64,000 bases of DNA from Chrysemys picta bellii (taxonomy: Eukaryota), in the NCBI RefSeq assembly GCF_011386835.1, contig NC_088802.1, forward strand, positions 744,001 to 808,000, read 5' to 3'. Positions within the stretch are counted from its first letter, which is position 1; every line of letters starts with the position of its first letter. This document shows positions 57,156-64,000 of the stretch, piece by piece. The notes below the pieces were generated by a model that ran no database searches, was not told the DNA's origin, and saw nothing but the letters and a program-made list of their open reading frames with translations. A program made the position numbers and the translations under genes.

Positions 57156-58639
57156 GCAACAGGGTGGCCTGCGATTGCCAGGAGTCAGAGATGAGCTAAA
57201 GGTCCCTTCTGGCCTTAAAGGCGATGGACGGAAGAGACGCCTCCTTCCCTGCCATCAGACTGCCACGCTCCACGGGAACCATGCAGCTGTCACCCAGCAG
57301 GGGGAGTCCCGTGACCCTGGGAGGCCGACGCGTCCCATGGGCTGGACCCAGCCTGTGGAACTCCCAGCCACATGAAATGAAAATGAGCACTAACCTCACT
57401 GCATTCACACCCCTCCTCCTCGCCTGGCTTCTCCGGGGACAGCCTCTCGCTTTCACACTTGTACGGATGTCCAGACCAAAACCAAGCTTCTTACGCTCCT
57501 GGGAGGGGCCCAGATTCTACGGTGGCCATCTCCGCAGTATTTAGACAGACACAAAAATCCCAAGGAGAGAAGTGGAAGCGAAGCCCTGGCTGGAGAAGGG
57601 CCCAGTGATCAGTGACTTGGAATGAACACGCTGCAGGAGAGATGCAAACCCTGCAATACAACAGTCTAAAACCCAACACCCAGAGGAGGAATTTGCTGTA
57701 GTGAGCAAACCGGACTCTCCCCCCAGGGCAGGATGGAGTCCGTGGGGTCAGCAGCTGGGGCAGGGTCTGTCTCTGAAGGAATTCAGCTCCGGGCTTCCCC
57801 TGCTGCGCCCCCATGAATCCCAGCCCCCATCCTCACGCTGTCTGTGTTGGTGTTTGGCTGGGACGGAGCGAGGCCAGAGTGCCCAGCTCCGTGCGCGGCG
57901 CGAAGGTCTGGGTGTGACCTGGGAACGTCGCCCTCGTGGCAGAGACGGGCCCGGGATGCAGCGGGGCCATGATGGGAATGTCCCGCTTTTTTTTGCAGGC
58001 AGCCGGGCCCCGCCCGAGGGGACATGCTGACGGTGAGCAGCTCCCGCGGGCTCTGAGTTCGAGGTTCTCCCAGCAGCGCGGAGACTGTCAGCCGTGCCCG
58101 TCGCTCGTGGCCTGGGGCGGCTTTGGGGCGTTTTGTTCTCAGCAGCTCAACGCTTGGGGTTTCCGAGCTGGTACCGCAGAGAGCGCTGGGGTCACAGCCA
58201 GACGTGGACTGGTCTGAGAGCTGCTACGACACATCAGAGCCGGGGCAGAGTTAAGGGGCAGGTCTGGGGGTGTTTGATCCAGGGATACCCCAGATAGAGG
58301 CACTCTCCGGAGACACTAATTGTAACGATCCCATTGCTCTAACGCGGGAGCCCACGGGGAGACTGGGGTGAGGAACGGGAGCGCAGCAATAGGGTCTGGT
58401 GTAGAGAAGGTGGTGCAAATTTGGGGACATTTGGCCCAGGGGTTCCCAAGATGCAGCCCTCCCCCCCCCCCGCCAAAAAAAATAGCGCTTCAATCCCTTT
58501 CAGTTCCTCACCACTTGGTCGGCGCAGAGCTCGGGGGGATCGAAGGCTCTGACCTGCCTGACCTGACGCTCCGGTACAGACGAGGCTGGGACAGTTCCCA
58601 GGGACCGGCAGCTCCCGCCGGCCCGCAGCCCAGACTCAC

Positions 58640-58913
58640 CCGCCGCTCCAGGGACCCCGTCCCCACCCGCGCCAGGCTCCGGGCGGGCTCCAGACACTCG
58701 TTCTGCGGGGACCACTGGGCAAAGCGGCCCTAGTGCAGGCTGGGTTCCCACCGCTACTCCGGGGCCCCGGCTAGCGGCACGGCCCCCACCCACGGGCACC
58801 GCGCTGCGTCGAAGTGGATGAAGCCCCCCCCATCGTAGGCGTACTGGAACTTCGCCCTCACAGGGGCGTCCCCAGCCAGAGCACAGCCCACGAGAACCTG
58901 CATCACGTGGGGC
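58640..58913 (-). pseudogene. MHC class I-like heavy chain alpha-2 exon, disabled
   Basis: AAG|GC CCC CAC...: GPHVMQVLVGCALAG(fs)DAPVRAKFQYAYDGGGFIHFDAARCPWVGAVPLAGAPE*RWEPSLH*GRFAQWSPQNECLEPARSLARVGTGSLERR|GTGAGT. Both Cys, QYAYDG.F..FD, W..AVP, RWE and LERR match class I alpha-2. 274 bp (canonical about 276), two stops and two 1-nt losses. Confidence 0.8.
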
Positions 58914-60848
58914 CTTGGGGGGGGGGGGGAAGAGGAACAGAACTAAATCAGCAGCCACAAGCGCTCGGAGATCACGAGGCAGCCGGGCCCCCCCCAACCC
59001 ACGATCGCTACATCTGAGGTCTGGTTATTACCACGTTTGGGGTTTGCACCTTCTGGGGTCACAGTTTTTGGTCGTGTCTCCTCTGCCCACGAGACCCAGA
59101 AACTCACATTTGATGCTTCCATAGTCCCAGGACTCCAGGAGCTGGGGCTTGGAGAGAGACACCAGCCACAGTGCTAAAGCCAGGCAGTGCTGAGACTCTG
59201 GAGCGGGTGCCAGGCCTTGGCAGACCCAGGCCCCGAGCCAGCAAAGCCCAGACCCGTGACTTTAACTTTAAGCAGCTTCACAGAGGTCAAGGCCAGAAGG
59301 GACGGGTCTGGTCGGCTGGTCTGAGCGCCTGCAGAGCCCGGGGCAGGGAATCGCGCTCACTCATTTCTGCATCCGCCAGGACTGCTGGTTCGGCTGCAGC
59401 GTCTCCGGAGTGACGGGCTGTCCCATCGCCGCCCAGCCAACGCAGCAGCACGTGAATCCTCGGCCTCAGCGGGGCCTGTCCCCGGCCCCAGACACCCCCC
59501 GTGTGGCCTAGGGAGCGACCCCCAGAGCAGGTCGTGATCCACAGGTTTGGGGAGGGAGACCCAGAGACCCTCCCCGCGGGGCCCCCTGAGGCCACCCTCA
59601 CCCCCCCACCACACACAGGGCCGGCCCAAGCGCCCCGGCCCCCCGCTCACAGCCGCCTTTGCTCCCCCTCCCCTGTGCATGGGGCTGCTCCGATCCCCCC
59701 GCTGCCTGCCTGTTCGTGGGGCTGGTCCTCCAACCCCCTCCGCTGCCCTTCCTCCCTGGGACCCCCCTCTGCGCACGGGGCTGGTCGTCTGAGCCCCCCT
59801 GCCGCAAGCCCACACCCAGCCACCCAAGACCCTCCCATCACCCCTGCACGCAGGGCGGGCTGGCCCGAGCCGCTCTCCCTCGCCCTCCCTCCAGCGCAGG
59901 GGTGCCACTCCTGCCCCCCCCCACGTTCCTTCACGCCCCGCTACAGGTCCCAATGGCCAATGGTGGCATCGGGTGGGCACAGAGGGACCAGCCCCACCGC
60001 TGGGCACTAGGGAGGCGGCCGCGTGGGGGGGGTGGTGTGACCTGAACCTCTGCCCGGGGTGTCACGAGACCGGCACACGGCACCTCCCTGACCCCAGGGC
60101 CACCCGCAAACCACATGTCGGGGTCCTTCTCCGAGCATCTCTAGCGCTAGGCACAGCCCCCCCACCCCCATGCCCTCCAGGAGCCAGCCACAGCGAGACA
60201 GGTGGGGCCTCCTTCAGTCCCCGGAGCCCATCCATCCTGCCCCAGGCCAGACCCCATCTGTCCTGCCCGCTCTCAGGAACGGACCCAGGCCCCTGGCAGA
60301 GTCCAGGAAGAGCCCTGTGTCCGGGCAGCTTTTAACCACATCCCCCGGCAGGTTCCTCGCAGTGACATGGGTCACGCACCCCAACGGGACACGAGTTCGA
60401 GGCAGCAGCTCCCCAGGTCCGTCCTCCCTCTGCCGGTCCCCGAGAGCTCCCAGTCCCTGGGCCCCCGCCAGCCAGACTCCGCACCTCCTCACCACGGCTC
60501 CACCACATCCTGCACCCCAGGGCTGCCCTGAGCGGGGTCCCCGCAGCCGGTCACCCCCAGCCCCCTTCGCCCGCCAGCCCTGCCCCTGTCGAGCGCCCCA
60601 GACCCACCCTCTGCCCTGGGTGCAGCCTGCCCCGGGTCCTCTGGCTGCCCCCTTACCTAGGGGCTGCTGGTGGGTCCCAGCCAGTCCTGTCCCCCCAGCT
60701 CTCGCCGGCTCCGTCTCTAAACCATCTCTCGACCGCAGCATTGCACCTGCAGGTCCATCAACTCCAGCTGTGTCTCTCTGCTCCTCCCTCTCCTCAACTC
60801 CTGCCTGGCTCTTCAGAGACCCCAGGTGCCCGCTGCCAACCTCCAGTG

Positions 60849-61159
60849 CAGGGGTCGGCAACCTCTGGCACCCGGCCCACCGGGGCAAGCACCCTGGGCC
60901 GGTTTGTTTACCTGCCGCGTCCGCAGGTTCGGCTGATCTCAGTTCCCACTGGCCGCGGTTCGCCGCTCCAGGCCAACGGGGGCTGCGGGAAGCGGCGCGG
61001 GCCGAGGGACGTACTGGCCGCCGCTTCCCAACGCCCCCATTGCACTGGACCAGCGAACCACGGCCACTGGGAGCCGCGATCGGCCAAACCTGCCAACGCG
61101 GCAGGTAAACAAACCCGCCCGGCCCTGGCGAGCCGCGTGCCAAAGGTTGCCGACCCCTG
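60849..61159. mobile_element. Non-autonomous hAT DNA transposon
   Basis: Perfect TIRs CAGGGGTCGGCAACC / GGTTGCCGACCCCTG; TSD CTCCAGTG / CTCCAGCG. Confidence 0.88.
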
Positions 61160-62187
61160 CTCCAGCGGGACGCAGCTAATTACTGTTAGTCACAGAGGAA
61201 CTGGCCCTGCTCCCTCAACAGGCCAGTCACCTCTGAGGTCACCAGCCATGTGCCCATGTCCCGCGCTGGAGCTGGGTGTGTTTGACATGAACTCTGTTCT
61301 CCGGAGCAGCGGGGTTGCTCTTGACGGAGTTTTCTCACGCTCCCAAGTCAACCGTCAAACTGAGACAGAAACCGAGCCGGGAAGTGGTGGGTCTGGAAGG
61401 TGACAGCTTGCCCGGGTCATCAGTTCAGCTGTGTGAATAAAGGAGTTTCTGGTTCTCTGAAACGTAAAAAAAAATGTGTCTAGGGTTGAACCAAAACTGA
61501 AATTTTTCAGTGAGTCAAAGATGAGGAAAAAAATGAATTCCAAGTGACACAAAGGTTTTATTCAGTCCCAAACTGAACGTTTTGTTTAGATTCTGAACTT
61601 TTAAAAATGTTTTTCAGGTTTTTGGGACATTTCAAAACAAAAAGTAATTTTGAAACAACCCTCCCCCCCCCCCCCCCGCCCCAAAAATGTTGCATTTCTG
61701 GAGGGAGCATTTGGCCAAATCGACACAAATTCACCAAATGTTTGTGTAGCCAAAGCTGCATTTTTTGCTGAAAAAAAAATGTTGGATGACAAATTCTTGC
61801 CCCGCTCTGGTTAGAAGGTACCGGGGGTGCTGGGGGCAGACAGCTCAGAGGCGGCTCTGTGACCCCAGGCCCTGCTCGGAGCCCCCGGCCAGGTGCAGGG
61901 CAGAGGTGCCGCGGGACGCCCGTGTGGTTGGCGCGGGGGGGAAACCCTGGTGGTTTTCTCAGCCCCTCTGTTCCAACAGCAGCCTCTGCCCCACACAGGG
62001 AGTCCAGCCAATCAGGGACCAGGGCCTTTGCCACCCGAGGGGGGTGGAGGCCACGGATTGGCTGGAGGCCTGATTGCGATCAGGAGACAAGCAGGTGTCG
62101 GACCCCTCAGGAAGGCAGGAAGCTGGGGGGGGGGGGGGGGGGGAGGGCTGCTGCTAAGACCATAAGCTGCGGTGTACGGGAATGTAT

Positions 62188-62970
62188 CCCACGGGCCCAT
62201 CTCCCCCGGTATCCCGCCCCGTCCCCGCTGCCCTGGATCGAACCCACGGGCCCATCTCCCCCAGTATCCCGCCTCGTCCCCGCTGCCCTGGATCGAACCC
62301 ACGGGCCCATCTCCCCCAGTATCCCGCCCCGTCCCCGCTGCCCTGGATCAAACCCACAGACCCTTCTCCCCCGGTATCCCGCCCCGTCCCCACTGCCCCG
62401 GATCGAACCCATGGGCCCATCTCCCCTGGTATCCCGCCCCGTCCCCGCTGCCCTGGATCGAACCCACGGGCCCATCTCCCCCAGTATCCCGCCCCGTCCC
62501 TGCTGCCCTGGATCAAACCCATGGACCCTTCTCCCCCGGTATCCCGCCCCGTCCCCGCTGCCCCGGATCGAACCCATGGGCCCATCTCCCCCGGTATCCC
62601 GCCTCGTCCCCGCTGCCCCGGATCGAACCCATGGGCCCATCTCCCCCGGTATCCCACCCCGTCCCCGCTGCCCCGGATCGAACCCAGGGGCCCATCTCCC
62701 CCGGTATCCCACCCCGTCCCCGCTGCCCCGGATCGAACCCAGGGGCCCATCTCCCCCGGTATCCCGCCCCGTCCCGCTGCCCCGGATCGAACCCACGGGC
62801 CCATCTCCCCCGGTATCCCGCCCCGTCCCGGCTGCCCCGGGATCGAACCCACGGGCCCATCAATCCCGGTATCCTGCCCCGTCCCACTGCCCCGGATCGA
62901 ACCCACGGGCCCATCTACCCCGGTATCCTGCCCTGTCCCATTGCCCTGGATCAAACCCACAGGCCCATCT
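62188..62970. repeat. Minisatellite, about 55-bp unit, about 14 copies
   Basis: CCCACGGGCCCATCTCCCCCGGTATCCCGCCCCGTCCCCGCTGCCCTGGATCGAA tandem units. Confidence 0.95.
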
Positions 62971-63009
62971 ATCTGTGTGGGGAGGGGAATTAGGGGACGC
63001 TGCCTGGGG

Positions 63010-63290
63010 GGAATGGGGCACACAGAACCCCTTGTGGGGGGGAGAATGAGGGACCCTGGTATAGGGGGAATGGGGCACACAGAACCCCTGGTGGGTGGGA
63101 GAATTGGGCACACAGATCCTCTGGTGTGGGAGGGAAATGGGGGACCCTTGTATAGGGGGAATGGGGGCACACAGAACCCCTGGTGGGTGGGAGAATTGGG
63201 CACACAGACCCTCTGGTGTGGGGGGGAAATGGGGGACCCTTGTATAGGGGGAATGGGGGACCCAGAATCCCTGGTGGGGGAGAAGGGGGG
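63010..63290. repeat. G-rich degenerate tandem repeat
   Basis: GGGGGAATGGGG...CACAGAACCCCTGGTGG recurs about 4-5 times. Confidence 0.75.
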
Positions 63291-63633
63291 ACCCGGGAGG
63301 GGAATGGGGGGCCCTGGCCCCGGGGAATGAGAACTGAGGAGGAGGGGGGATACCGGGAACCCCTGGGGAGGTGGGGGAAGGGGGCCGTGTTCCCCCGAGT
63401 TGGCTGTTGGAGGGCGGGGGGATCAGCCCCCTCCCCCGGCGCTGGGTCCGGCCCCGCACAGCCCTGCAGCAGGCGGTTCCGCCGGCCACCCCGAGGTCCG
63501 CGGCTCCGCCCAGAGATCCCGCCCCGCGGCCCCATTGGCCGGGGCCGGCCCCACGTGTGGCCGGGGCGGGGTGGGCGCCCCGCTGGGCTCGTGGGCTCTG
63601 CCCTGCCGGCGTGGGGAGACCCAGCCCGGAGCC

Positions 63634-63691
63634 ATGGCGCTGCCCCTCGCCCTGGGGCTGTGCTGGGGGGCGCTGGCGGCAGCAGCGGCGG
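63634..63691 (+). CDS. Signal-peptide exon (exon 1) of an unidentified downstream gene, truncated by the window edge
   Basis: Kozak GCCATGG; MALPLALGLCWGALAAAAA followed by G|GTGAGT (phase 1, as in MHC leader exons); CpG island with CCATTGG (63532-63538), CACGTG and GC boxes upstream. Confidence 0.65.
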
Positions 63692-64000
63692 GTGAGTGGG
63701 GCAGGAGTGAGGCGGGGGGTAAGTAGAGCAGGGCGCTGGGGGATAAGGGGGGTAAGTGGGGCTGGGGGGGCGCTGGGGAACGGGAGGCTGGGGGCAGCGG
63801 GGGGGCGTTGGGAGGCGGGGGGGGTAAGTGGGGCTGGGGGGGCGCTGGAGCGAAGGGCGCTGGGGGACCCGCAGAACCGGGAGGATGCGCAGGAAACCGG
63901 GAGAGAAACACCCAGCGGGGCCGGGCCGGGCCGGGCGGGAGGCGGGTCAGGCCGGGGCTCAGAGCGGGGGATGCTGCCCTGGGGCCCGGCTGGCCCGGGA

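Noticed and set aside
62107-63330. Several 230-400 aa Pro/Gly-rich ORFs on both strands
   Set aside because: Translations of the 55-bp minisatellite, open in many frames at once.

Overview
Eukaryotic genomic DNA from a GC-rich, repeat-dense vertebrate MHC class II region, most likely from a turtle (inferred from the CR1, Penelope-like, hAT and LTR repeat families). Gene order: the 3' half of a classical-type MHC class II alpha gene (+; exons 3-5 only), a complete BRD2 (-; 12 coding exons, 787 aa), complete DMA (+; 251 aa) and DMB (+; 260 aa), a disabled MHC class I-like alpha-2 exon (-), and the signal-peptide exon of a further unidentified gene at the right edge (+). The left end is a decayed ERV env plus 3' LTR with a nested solo LTR. 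The best second-look items are: (1) a DMA intron-2 minisatellite seeded from the exon-2 splice donor that creates eight identical-length 39-nt, frame-preserving, AG/GT-flanked candidate micro-exons; (2) a 97-nt premature-stop (poison) exon in BRD2; (3) a perfect 197-bp palindrome made of two Penelope-type ends carrying minimal hammerhead-like folds in the class II alpha 3' intron, with covarying copies elsewhere; (4) the class I-like pseudo-exon; (5) paired Ets-IRF composite elements and a VNTR around the DMB promoter. Exon boundaries were read by hand from GT/AG sites and frame continuity; no database search could be run. No CRISPR, rRNA or tRNA genes were found.
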